This document shows, piece by piece, positions 26,926 through 39,360 of a stretch of 58,641 nucleotides of DNA. A program made the position numbers and the translations under genes. The first letter of the stretch is position 1; each line of letters begins with the position of its first letter. Under the pieces are notes generated by a model that was given only the letters and a program-made list of their open reading frames with translations, did no database searches and was not told where the DNA came from. Source of the DNA: Octopus bimaculoides (Eukaryota); contig NC_068983.1 in the NCBI RefSeq assembly GCF_001194135.2, positions 74,499,674-74,558,314 of the forward strand. The letters are read 5' to 3'.

Positions 26926-27723
26926 ATTTTGTTTACTCCGGTTAAATTGATATTGTCAAGGTGAAATTATCATAAGTAATATTCAAAAATGAGTTAAACA
27001 ATTTACGTTCCATAACACACGCCAGTACACGGAACTTGGACTGCAATCATAAACATATTTAATATACATTCATACATTAGCTTAATCATATACATGCAAC
27101 TCACTCATAACAACTACATGCACACGCATTTATATAACAGAATTCTAAAGTATGATCCAACAGAACTCAACTCTCCTTGATGCGTTGCACAGAAAATACG
27201 CACCGAATATACCATGAATATTACTGTAAAACTTTAAAATGCAGAAAACTCGCGAAAAGGTTGCTATAAAAATTGTTAATGCATAAAATAAAAAGTAACC
27301 GTAGCTTAAGGTTATTTTATTCATAGTTTCTGCAATATAGTGATTATAGTATATGTTTAAGGCAGTTTATTGGTTCTGTTATTAACAAAGTCTAGAAGCT
27401 CTGAGATTTGTACCCGATATTGTACTGTGGTCTTTAATGATATAAACTAAATGTAGACAAAAAAAAAACACGAAAACAGTCAGTTATTGGAAGCCACTTT
27501 CCCGATTTCAAGATTTTGATGTTTACTTTCTTAAGTTAGCACAATATCACAAACTATCTCGTTTCATGGGAATATTGATGGAAACAATTTCATATCCATA
27601 AAGTTGCACTTGATATCCTTTCAATAAATTTGTGATTAAATGTTACGGTATATTTCGTTATATTAGAATAACATTAAAAAAATAAAAGAAATGAAAGAAA
27701 AAATCTTCAGCAATCGCACTCAC

Positions 27724-27781
27724 CTACCATAAAAATGCAAATTTCAAAGCTTCAATCAGGCATGCAGGAAAAATACTTACA
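27724..27781 (-). other. Two consensus 5' splice sites on the minus strand (candidate end of a non-coding exon)
   Basis: TGT|GTAAGT with the intron starting at 27780 and TAG|GTGAGT with the intron starting at 27723, within a repeat-poor stretch. Confidence 0.3.
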
Positions 27782-28867
27782 CAACCGTATAAACACATTT
27801 AAGATCTCAACCGTGATGATTCATCAATTTAAAGATTGCATCAAATATCCATATATATTTTTCATCGATTAATTAATCGCATTATTTAGTCTTTACATTT
27901 CCAAAACGAGAAATGAAAAGTAGTTGGTAAAAAAGGAAGAAAAGAAAGATTAAGATGATAGTAAGTTCTTTGTTCATTTAGTTGGCGCGCGCTGCAATGT
28001 TTAATTTCAATGGCCTTCATTAACTCCTGATTGTTACAACAATGTCATCCAGCGTAAAAATTCAATCAATTGTACGCAATTAACGAATATAAAATATTCT
28101 TCAATATTATTCCCATTTCAAAATTAAACGATCTTCCTTTGATATTGTAATTTGTATAGACAAATTAATAAGCAAGCAAAAATGATATATATGACAATAA
28201 ATATCATACCGATAAACCTCACAAAAATGCGATTACGAAAAGAAGAAAAGAAAAACGTATACGATTTAATGCATAGCTATAGTGAAAGCTAAGTTACAGT
28301 CTTTTATTACTACCGAAAAGAAGAAAGAGTAACTTTGAATATCCCGCAGTCCTTACACTAAGTAATGATATAAGAGTGAATGAGTCAAAATATAACAGTA
28401 CCTCTTTATTTCTTGTCATATTTATGATCCTTATTAACATATATTCTCATCATTGCAAGCTATAGATTTATGTTCATGAACATTGAGAAGTATATACCAC
28501 TTTTGATCTCCAGCCGCTGAGTCATATCTGAAGTGTTCTAATCTAACTCTTTATGCTATACCAATATTCTTGAATGCTCACTTCATCGGTTTTATGAGCA
28601 TTGTTATTTTAATAGATCTTTGTTCTAAAAGTAGCATCAGTATAAATGTATATGTGCAATTCAGTATTACGTTCTCAATATCTATGTACAGTAGTCGGTG
28701 TGAAAATCCTACATACAAAATTACTTCTATCTACATGAATATATGCCTGTTAACTCTCTGTATGTGTTTCTCCTCGTTATGCTGTGTGAAAAATCTTCGT
28801 ATATCCGCGTGTATGAAGGTTCGTGTACTTATCGAGACAAATCTAACTTTTGAACTTAAATTGATTA

Positions 28868-28984
28868 CATTATTTACATTATTTACATTTGACGGATATT
28901 CGTCCTCATGAGGACGAATATCCGTCAAATGTAAATAATGTAAATAATGTAAATAATTCCTCATCTCTTAAATATAGAACTGTA
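28868..28984. mobile_element. 117-bp insert made mostly of a perfect palindrome, flanked by a 12-bp TSD
   Basis: Perfect inverted repeat 28865-28952 (44+44 nt, no loop, centre CTCA|TGAG). TTAAATTGATTA lies at 28856-28867 and 28985-28996. Confidence 0.85.
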
Positions 28985-30484
28985 TTAAATTGATTAGTTC
29001 GTAAATATTGTAAGTATCGCGAGTGCATGTTTGCCGGCAAGTCTGTATGTGTGTGAGAGTGTGTGTGAATGTGTGCGTGCGTGCGTGCGCGCGTGTGGAA
29101 TTTATACGTATAACCAGGTAGATACAGAAGTATTTATTGACTACTGGCTTGCAGTATACAGGACGAATGTAATTATAGTTTTAAATATAATAAAAGAAAT
29201 ATCTTTGTTTCAGTTGTCTTTGAAATCACACGCTGAAAGCAGAATCAGCAGTCTGCTTGGAAATCCTGAGATGGTAAAGTAGGCGCTTGGCATTAATGAC
29301 CCCTTCGCTCATAACGAAGGTTTAAGGATCTGCATAACGGCTTGACTGACAGCTCAGCTATTTCGAATAAAGTTCTTTCTACTCTTCTAATCAATCAATC
29401 AATAAACAACTATAAATTATTATATTATACACACGCAGGCACATGCATATACATACATCATACATACATATACATACATCTGTATACATATAGATATATA
29501 TACATGTGTGTATGTGTGTGTGCGTGTGTCAGAGTGTGAGTGTTTGTGTTTGTGTGTGTGTGTGTGTGTGTGTGCGTGCGTGTGCACTTGCTTGTTTAAA
29601 GAAAATTATTCATATAAATTGCACAGATTTCTGTCAAGTACATATGTCGAACACACATTGGCCTACATATCTCTTCGCTGGCTGCAATGTCAGTTGCATA
29701 TGTATATTTGTTTTCATGATAAGGAAATTTCCACGCTTTCATGTTTGTATTGATTAATATTATTCACATTAAAATGCTCCATCTTACGAACAGGTGAGTG
29801 TTCAGCTTAGAAACTCATGATAAAATCCAGTAACATATGGCCTATTATCTGTTTCAACAATACTTATAATAGAATGCATTGCCATACATGGAACCTGTGT
29901 GTAGTGTAATGTGAATGTGTGAACGTGTATCATGCACACACACATTCACATGCATATATATATGTGTGCGTGTGTGTGTTTATATATGAATACGCACACA
30001 CATACACACACAAATATATATAGATAGATATATAAAATTTGGATTTGATGTTTCCTTTCAACGCTACTTGTTCGCTTATCAAGCTTGATGAACGGAAACA
30101 ATAAGATGTAACGAAATGAAATCTAACCTTCAAATGAACACTTGAGCTGTTTATTGAGCACTTTTTCTTCAATTTTAAGTTCACACACACACACGCACAC
30201 ACATACACATACAGACACACACACACACACAGAGAAACAAATGTATACACTTCTATTCGTAAATGTCCTGATCAGTGCAGCTAAAACACAGAGTGGACTG
30301 TCAGCTCTTTGAGGTCTATACCAGAAAATGTTTGCTTTACTGAGACAATATTATTGATATATTTCACTACTCTTACATTACTTTATATAAATATATATGT
30401 GTGTGTGTAAGTGTATGTGTTTGTATATATGCATGCATACGTATATACATAAACACGTCATCTATGAACACAAACATGCATTTA

Positions 30485-30752
30485 CTAGGGGATGTCAAAA
30501 ATTATCTGCACTTTCGATCAAATTTTTTTTTTTTTTTGGTTGACCGGACTGCATTCAGCACTCGATGGTACTCCTGTGGTTATGTAACTGAAGTTTGACC
30601 TTGATCTCATCTGGTTTATTTCTTATGTTTCGGAGTAAAACACGCTGGTAGTGTGCAACAAAGAACGGAGATCAGTGATCCTATTTCTTTGGTCTGAAGA
30701 TGTTTCAAGACCTGAAATTCATCGAAGGCTTTCAGAACAATACGGGGGAAGT
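30485..30752 (+). mobile_element. Tc1/mariner element left-end fragment with transposase N-terminal HTH remnant
   Basis: TA (30483-30484) is followed by a mariner-like TIR, CTAGGGGATGTCAAAAATTATCTGCACTT. From 30642 the frame reads TLVVCNKERRSVILFLWSEDVSRPEIHRRLSEQYGGS, resembling the mariner N-terminus CTKEEQRSVIRFLWxEGxxxxEIHRRLxxQYG. No right TIR was found. Confidence 0.82.
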
Positions 30753-30759
30753 AAAAATG

Positions 30760-30805
30760 TGGACCAAATGCTTGTAAAAGTTTGGACCAAATGCTTGTAA
30801 AAGTT
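30760..30805. repeat. Perfect 23-bp tandem duplication
   Basis: TGGACCAAATGCTTGTAAAAGTT occurs twice, immediately after the mariner fragment ends. Confidence 0.9.
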
Positions 30806-30948
30806 GTCTTGACAAAAGGTGTTCAATAGGTATATGTACTAAACTGGGCAATAGCTTTCCATCTCCATACCCAAAATACCATACCACACTCTTATCAAAA
30901 ATAGAGGAAAACCAACTAACGAACGAAGGCGTCTCAAATTGTCATTCT

Positions 30949-31161
30949 TATTTCTTTATAGCTCACAAGGGGCTAAACATAGAGGGGACAAACAAGGAGA
31001 TTAAGTCGATTAGATCGACCCCAGTGTGTAACTGGTACTTAATTTATCGATCCCGAAAGTATGAAAGGCAAAGTCGGCCTCGGCGAAATTTGAACTCAGA
31101 ACGAAACGGCAGATGAAATACCGCTAAGCATTTCGCCCGGCGTGCTAACGTTTCTGCCAGC
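30949..31161 (-). mobile_element. tRNA-derived SINE, family A, with perfect 17-bp TSD
   Basis: TSD TCTCAAATTGTCATTCT lies at 30932-30948 and 31162-31178. The minus strand reads GCTGGCAGAAACGTTAGCACGCCGGG (A-box-like) ... GAGTTCAAATTTC (B-box-like) ... with tail ending AAAGAAATA. Confidence 0.9.
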
Positions 31162-31339
31162 TCTCAAATTGTCATTCTATCAACTACAAGTAGCTGCCAA
31201 ACTTTCCCCATATTGATACTCCACCAGCTTAAAAAGTGATATGTTGCCAGAACATAACATGGTATGGGTACGGCTGGAACGCTTTGATATTAAGTTTGCC
31301 CGATTAGAGGTGAACAGGAGCAAAACAAAAAAGCAACAT

Positions 31340-31436
31340 TATCATCGTCTTCATTATGAACATCGTCGTCGTCATCGTTATCATCATCAGCTGCAGTAGC
31401 AGCAGCAACAACAACAGCAACGACGACAGCAGCAGC

Positions 31437-31496
<60 letters not shown>

Positions 31497-31503
31497 AACA
31501 ACA
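31340..31503. repeat. Compound (TCA/TCG)-(CAG)-(CAA)n microsatellite
   Basis: Directly visible. Confidence 0.93.
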
Positions 31504-32740
31504 GTTGGATTGATCGTCCTTTTCGCGTCCAACTATTCACGCCTAGCATTGATCACTATTCCCATTGAACAACAGCTCTCTGAAATCTAGTCTTAACTCA
31601 TATCTTTCAGGTGGGCGTCGGCTTGGAACAACTTTGCCTGAATATTAACGACAGTACCAAACTGATTGGTTGCGGAAGGTCTACAATAGTCTCGGGCACT
31701 AAGGTTTCCTTTAGACTCAGGAAAATGAAAGCAAGAAGAACCATTGCAACTACAGATTTCGTGCTAATTCAATAATTTCGAGCCAGTCATCCTTTTAAGC
31801 TATTTCACCAATCAGTGAATGTATTTGTTTCCGAGAAATACTTTAAACCTCTTGTATTATTTCAAAATACTGCAGGTGTATTTAGACTGTGCTTCGATGG
31901 TGAGTTCTGTTAAGACCCATACACGTCTGGAGTTGTTCGAGTATTACTAAATATTAATCTTAGGTCTCTCTGATATATCTATGCGTAACTAGTATTGATT
32001 AATTACAATTTTGAAGGCGTCTCCCTATATATTTATTAGATTTCGTCATATAAATAATGAACGATCAATTCTCATCAATATTATTAATGATATTTATATG
32101 TTTTAAAATTCATTAGTATACTACATAAAGTATAGTAGCGCTTATTTTACTTTTGAGTTTTCATGCAGTAGGAATGTTATGCTATTCCTTTCTGTCCATC
32201 TATTAATTCAAAATTCGATATGATAGTTTGATGAGTTAGTCTCTCCTCTAAAACTTACCTCAAAACACACGTATAAAATATATGTATGCATAAATATATT
32301 TTATTAGTTTTTCAACGCCAAATATATTGACAGCATACATTGTCGTAAAACCACAAAGTTACAAAATGCAAATATAAGCGACTGCATTGATTTCCAGTAT
32401 ATTATCGAGACTTACTTTCTCAGTCGCAAAGAGATGGAGGACTAAGTCAAGCGAGAGCCGGATTTGAAATCCGAAAGTCAACTCTAATAAAAAGAAAAGA
32501 AAAACAAATCAAGTAAATGAAAAGCTCGTAAGTAAATTCAGCAGCAAATTTTGCCAACGGATGTAACTAACTTGTCATCTGCTGTGATCATTATGTTCAG
32601 ATGTTACATTGGTATATAATACATAGCTCTCTAACGTTGGCACAAGGACACAATATCATTCAATGCTTCCAGTGCGCCTGCAAACATACATGTGCACAAA
32701 TTTATATGGCTGGGAATATGACGGCTCATTTTGTGGTATA

Positions 32741-33137
32741 TGTTGGTACTATGTTGGCACTCCATCGCTTACGACGTCGAGGGTTCCAGTTGATCCGATC
32801 AACGGAACAGCCTGCTCTTGAAATTAACGTGCAAGTGGCTGAGCACTCCACAGACACGTGTACCCTTAACATAGTTCTCGGGGATATTCAGCGTGACATA
32901 GCGTGACAAGGCTGGCCCTTTGAAATACAGGTACAACAGAAACAGGAAGAAAGAGTGAGAGAAAGTTGTGGTGAAATAGTACAGCAGGGGTCACCACCAT
33001 CCCCCACCTGCCGGAACCTCGTGGAGCTTTAGGTGTTTTCGCTCAATAAACACTCACAACACCCGGTCTGGGAATCGAAACCGCGATCCTATGACCGCGA
33101 GTCCGCTGCCCTAACCGCTGGGCCATTGCGCCTCCAC
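32741..33137 (-). mobile_element. tRNA-derived SINE, family B, full length with 11-bp TSD
   Basis: The minus-strand head GTGGAGGCGCAATGGCCCAGCGGTTAGGGCAGCGGACTCGCGGTCATAGGATCGCGGTTTCGATTCCCAGACC has A-box- and B-box-like motifs. TSD TTTGTGGTATA lies at 32730-32740 and 33138-33148. It is homologous to 45974-46362. Confidence 0.9.
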
Positions 33138-34376
33138 TTTGTGGTATAGTATCAGCCATAAACATGTTCCTTCTCAGTAATAATACCCTGTTATTTATTT
33201 AATAATTCTCTGATTAATTTCTCTGAAACCTTGTCTATTCTCATCAGTCATGCTTTCCCTTCTAATCACTTTTCATTCTTATTTGTGCAGAATCTCGTTT
33301 CCTATCAGCATAGTTCTTAGTTTGCCTTCTTTCTTGATAAATAATTTCTTTTCTCTATTAGCCTCAGCTTCTAGCATGTTTCCTTCCGTTAATTTCATTC
33401 ATTTTCTCCTGAATAAATCTCTTCTTGCCGTTCCTCATTCGCCCCACTTTGCTCCTAATTCTTATTTCCTATGTTTGGTCCGACCCCAATTTTTCTCTGT
33501 ACCTTCTTTGCCTTGATCGATTCAATTCTCCCTGTCGTGCTCTATCAGTGTCACCGAGCTCAATCGACTGTCCCCCTTAATTACTGGCCCACCAAGCTCA
33601 ATTACGGTATTAAAATAATTTGAGAAGCAGTTGCTCCTATATATTTGTCAACACCCTTATCCAGCATGTACCGCTACTTAATTTTTACGAAGGACTTTAA
33701 GAACACACTTATTAATAGTTGGAAAAAATCCATATCTAGGATATGTCGTTACACAAATTTTGCAAATACGGTTACTTCCGTATCTATAATGGAATGCAAA
33801 CATAGATGTCCTATCTTCATGATATTGATTTGTTCTAAAATGCTTGCGTTAAATCGACGGGTAAATAGTGACAGAGTGAGTGAGAGAGAGAGAGTATCAA
33901 ACAAACGTTATTGGCAATACACTCATAAACATACGCATGCACACATACAAATGCTAATGTAGTACCCACATACACACATAATAAACATATACGTTCATTA
34001 TCTCTCATATATATATACACAACTAATTTTGTGTTTGTTTGTGTCCACGTGCCAGTAGCGTCCGATTGTCCCCTCTCTCTCTCTCTTTCTCTTGCACACA
34101 AAAGTTTAGCATCCCCTTTCCACAGTGTGACAGATTTTTACACCGCAGGAGTCTATTTTTAGCATCTACTATAATAATACTCTTGTGTGTTTCTCTGTCA
34201 CAACATATGAATGAGAAAGGAAGGAGTAATAGATGAATAAGGAAGGGGTGATGGCAAACTTGGTAGTAGGATGATGGAAGTTCTACGGTGAAAAAAGAAA
34301 ATCACGCAGCGCTTCAACTCTGTGTGAGTATTTGCGTGTGTATATAAAAGGGAGGTACGTGAATGTGTGTGTTGTG

Positions 34377-34412
<36 letters not shown>

Positions 34413-34792
34413 TATGTGTGTGTGTATGCAATGGAAGAGGGCAGGTGAATATTCAACACTGCAAATAATAATCAAACAGCATTTCAACTCTGTGTGAGTG
34501 TATATGTGTATGTGTGTGCGTGTACAAGGGAAATATGGGAATATTTGTAACTGTATTTATTATGTACCTTATTCTGTAGCTTATTTATATATAAAATACT
34601 ACAATTAGCTGTCATTTTTGACGGCATGGAGCCAGCGACTTTTAATATACAGTATAATAGATAACTTAAAATATTATACGACTCAGTGTGTGTGTGTGTA
34701 TACACCACACATCTTCTGATAACCCAATGAGCCTGCTAATATCAGTTATGCAGAGCTTGCTTTCAACAGGCAGCAGCACCTCCATCTGCACG

Positions 34793-34837
<45 letters not shown>

Positions 34838-36130
34838 NNNNNNNNNNNNNNNNNNNNNNNNNNNNNNNNNNNNNNNNNNNNNNNNNNNNNNNNNNNNNNN
34901 NNNNNNNNNNNNNNNNNNNNNNNNNNNNNNNNNNNNNNNNNNNNNNNNNNNNNNNNNNNNNNNNNNNNNNNNNNNNNNNNNNNNNNNNNNNNNNNNNNNN
35001 NNNNNNNNNNNNNNNNNNNNNNNNNNNNNNNNNNNNNNNNNNNNNNNNNNNNNNNNNNNNNNNNNNNNNNNNNNNNNNNNNNNNNNNNNNNNNNNNNNNN
35101 NNNNNNNNNNNNNNNNNNNNNNNNNNNNNNNNNNNNNNNNNNNNNNNNNNNNNNNNNNNNNNNNNNNNNNNNNNNNNNNNNNNNNNNNNNNNNNNNNNNN
35201 NNNNNNNNNNNNNNNNNNNNNNNNNNNNNNNNNNNNNNNNNNNNNNNNNNNNNNNNNNNNNNNNNNNNNNNNNNNNNNNNNNNNNNNNNNNNNNNNNNNN
35301 NNNNNNNNNNNNNNNNNNNNNNNNNNNNNNNNNNNNNNNNNNNNNNNNNNNNNNNNNNNNNNNNAAAAAAAAAAAAAAAAGAAAAAACAAAGGATCGTAA
35401 GTACTATTAACCAAAAAGACAGAACAGTCACAGCTTGAACGCCCTTTTATAATATTGTTTGTCTTATATATTTATGATATTTTCCCTGTTTCTAATTTGA
35501 AAAAATGCTGATAAATCCACAAGACCACATATACAGGGATGTGTATGCGTGTATGTGTGTGTTGGGGGGGGGGTAATTTTCGTTTTATTATTTGAGGACT
35601 TATACTTTTTTAGTCGATGGACTGCGGGCTTAGGATATGATCATGAAAAAATTTATCGATCCCAGTATATATTTTTAGTGTACTACATATTTCATCCAAT
35701 TATCTTTGTCGAGCTGCTACTTTACAGAACTCAAACGTAAACACATTCACACATCTGCATACAGACACACACACATACAGACACACACGCATACACACAT
35801 CCTTATACACATATATGCATATATGTATATGCATAAGTAGATACATATTATACCAATGATTTATGAAACTAAAAATTAGTTCTTTAGCCCATCTACAAGC
35901 GCTCTACAGACTCAGCAAGGCTAGCCGATGCTATATACAAATTGTGATTTGATAGGAATTTTGCTGCTATACTTAGGAGTTCAATATCCAAGCAGAGGCC
36001 TTCTTTCGTTAGGTCAAAATAAACTTTGTTGTTGCATCTCCTCAAGTAGCCATTGTCGAACAAAACTATGAAAATGAAATTCCAGTTGTTGCCGTTTTCT
36101 AGTTAAAAGGTAGGATATATTTTGTTTAAT

Positions 36131-36558
36131 GCAGAATCGTTAGCACGCCGGGCGAGAAGCTTAGCATCATGTCCGCCTTCAAGTTCTAAGTTCAAATTCC
36201 ACCGAGGTCGACTTTACTTTGCATCCTTTTGGGGTCGATAAATTTAGTACCGTAAAACAACGGGGTCGATGTAAACGACTAGTCTCCTTCCCCTGAATTT
36301 CAGGCCTTGTGGCTTTAGTAGAAAGGATTATTATTATTATTATCATTAAGGCGGCGAACCGGCGCAATCGTTAGCACGTCGGGCAAAACGTTTAGCAGCA
36401 TTTTATCCGTCTTTTCGTCCTTCGTTCAAATTCCGCCGAGGTCGACTTTATCTTTCATCTTTTCGGGGTCGATAAAATAAGTACCATTTGAGTACTGGAG
36501 TTGATCTAATCGATCTATCCGTCTCTCAGAATTGTTGGTCTTGTGCCAAAACTTTAAA
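36131..36558 (+). mobile_element. Two family A SINEs in tandem, separated by a (TTA)n tail
   Basis: Copy 1 spans 36131 to about 36347 and ends GAAAGGATTATTATTATTATTATCATT. Copy 2 starts AAGGCGGCGAACC at 36348. Both have GTTCAAATTCC(A/G)CCGAGGTCGACTTT. Confidence 0.85.
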
Positions 36559-37239
36559 GCCGTGTAGCCTATACTTAAGACGGCAATCTACGATATGTTG
36601 GAATGTTAATTTTGGTAGCTGTTTGTTCTAGATTGACAGACTATTTGTCAGCTTCAAAGTGAACAATATTTGTCTATCAATGAACAATTCTCTTCCTGTT
36701 TCTAACATATTAGATAGTTCATTTCTTTGGCGACGTGATCACGTTTAGAGTCGGTGTGAGTTTTGACCTGCACAGTTAATGAGAGTGTTACAATGAGAAG
36801 GAATTTTGGGCGACATAAACACATAACAATACCTTATCATTATTATTAGATATACAAATTCTGAGATGTCCAAAGTCTTCTAGAGCCACGATTAAGATCC
36901 ACATGCATGAACAAATGGCAAGAAATCAATCACAATTATTGAATTCTTATTTTGATTCTCATTCTAAATGATTCAATAGAGACAGCGATAGTCACGCTGT
37001 CTGATCAAAACAACCCTCATTGTATTGCGTATCTAGGCGTTTCGAACATCTTGTCTTTAATTTTAGAAGCTAATTTCCATATTTTCCATGCAGCTGGATA
37101 TGTTACATTACCGTTTCTTTAGTCATGCTTCTATGTCCTTTCTCTCTTGTATATGAGAACAAAAATGCCTAAAACAAAAAGACAAAACAAAGCAAAAGCA
37201 AAAATAAAATAAATAATACAGTTATAAATACGTGTGTAC

Positions 37240-37291
<52 letters not shown>

Positions 37292-37663
37292 CTGTTTACT
37301 TTTTTGCTGGTAGGGTGTTGTATTTTTCGTTTGAACAATCATTGACTGTTTCGATCTATTACCAATAATAAAATTATAGCTGAAATTGTTACCATTTTGT
37401 AGATTTAGTTGTTTTTTTTGCTCACATTGCTGGTATTACTATTACTGTTGATATTATTGTTGACGTTGTTCTTTTTGTTAATGTTGTTGTTGTTGCATTT
37501 AAAAATCTCGGTCATTTTATCGTCTTTATTCTAAGGCCATTTTTCATAAAAGCATTTCCATAAATGGCACTACTACAGAAAATGTTCGTGAAAAATATTC
37601 AAATATGTAGAAAGACTGAACAGAATATCACAGATAATTAAGTCAAAAATTTCGAGATACACG

Positions 37664-37750
<87 letters not shown>

Positions 37751-38379
37751 AAACATGCACATACACACATAGACACATGCATATACACATATATATATAT
37801 GGTTAATTCAATCAATCATATCAATATGAAATTTAAAGCCAGACACATTTACATATATTCTTAGACACACCTCCAAACTATATAGCTATTCACACACGAC
37901 CGAAACAGCAGTTTGGCTACAATCTAAGCAATTCGAGTCTATAGCTAATATTGATTTCTGTCTGAGAGCAATGCCACCCATCCAAACGATGAGTCACGTC
38001 AATGTAACAAGTCTCGCAACGATCTGGCTACTTTATTTCTGTGACCATTATAAGATAAAACCCAACTTGGTATCAGCCTGATTTGAACTCAGAACGTAAA
38101 GGTGAATAGTAAAATACAACACTGTATAGTATAGAAATTTCATGGGTTTTTCTAATGCATCGTCCTCAGTCAATAGATAATATGAATATCTGAAGACAGT
38201 GGATCATTCCTGTATCTTTTATTTGTTTCAGCCATTGGATTGCTGCCATGCTGGTGTGCTACCTCGAACGGTGTAGTCGAACAAATAAAGTAACAATCAA
38301 TTACTAGATCAATATAATCGACTTTACCTCTTCTAAATTTGATGTTCTGGGCATTTAAAGCATTGATTAATATGATTTG

Positions 38380-38594
38380 AAAATTTTAGTACAGGGCCAA
38401 TAATGCAGGGGAAGGGGGAAATCGATTGCATCTATCAACCACAGTGACCAATTGGTACTTATTTTATCGACACTGAAAGGATGAAAGTAAAAGTCGACCT
38501 CGGCGGAATATGGACTCAGAACATAAGGATTGACAAAAATACCGCTAAGCATTTTGCCCGGCGCGCTAACGATTGTGCCCGCTCGTCGCCTTAA
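38380..38594 (-). mobile_element. Family A SINE
   Basis: TTGGTACTTATTTTATCGACACTGAAAGGATGAAAGTAAAAGTCGACCTCGGCGGAAT ... ACCGCTAAGCATTTTGCCCGGCGCGCTAACG ... CTCGTCGCCTT. Confidence 0.85.
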
Positions 38595-38850
38595 CATGAA
38601 TTAATACTAACAGTCCTCAACATGCTCTCATTTTCCTCAGTTAACTGGGACTTATGTGCGGAATTTGCAGATTTTCTACTTTAGCAACAGATCGAATATT
38701 CATTAGGAGAATGATGCTCGATGAAATCATTCTCATGGCATATTACAGGTTATTGTCTAGCTTTACGTTGACATTGATGATCAATGTTGACATATTATCG
38801 AGTTCGACAACTGGAGAAATTTCGCAGTGACTCAATGAAATTAGTGCGCA

Positions 38851-38915
<65 letters not shown>

Positions 38916-39360
38916 GACTGTCTGTCTGTCTATCTATACGTTTTATATATATACATACATTNNNNNNNNNNNNNNNNNNNNNNNNNNNNNNNNNNNNNNN
39001 NNNNNNNNNNNNNNNNNNNNNNNNNNNNNNNNNNNNNNNNNNNNNNNNNNNNNNNNNNNNNNNNNNNNNNNNNNNNNNNNNNNNNNNNNNNNNNNNNNNN
39101 NNNNNNNNNNNNNNNNNNNNNNNNNNNNNNNNCACTTTGTCATTCATTCACCATGACCGAAAAATGAAGTTTTAATGAAAAGGATGCAATTCGACACGCC
39201 TGTAACTGTAAATAAGGATACAAACACCAGCATGTACACATATTATACACTTAATGTAAACCAGAGTCAAACAGTATGTCAAGTTGCGACTCGTTAACTC
39301 AAATTATGACTTAAATAGATTTCAATAAATTATGCATCAGAATAAAATAAATATTCTTCC

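Noticed and set aside
28865-28952. CRISPR-like or terminator reading of the 9-bp repeats and palindrome
   Set aside because: The context is eukaryotic, with no spacer array and no cas genes; the TSD points to a transposable-element origin.
31611-31777. Plus-strand candidate exon after TCATATCTTTCAG
   Set aside because: There is no good donor, no recognisable peptide and no partner exon.
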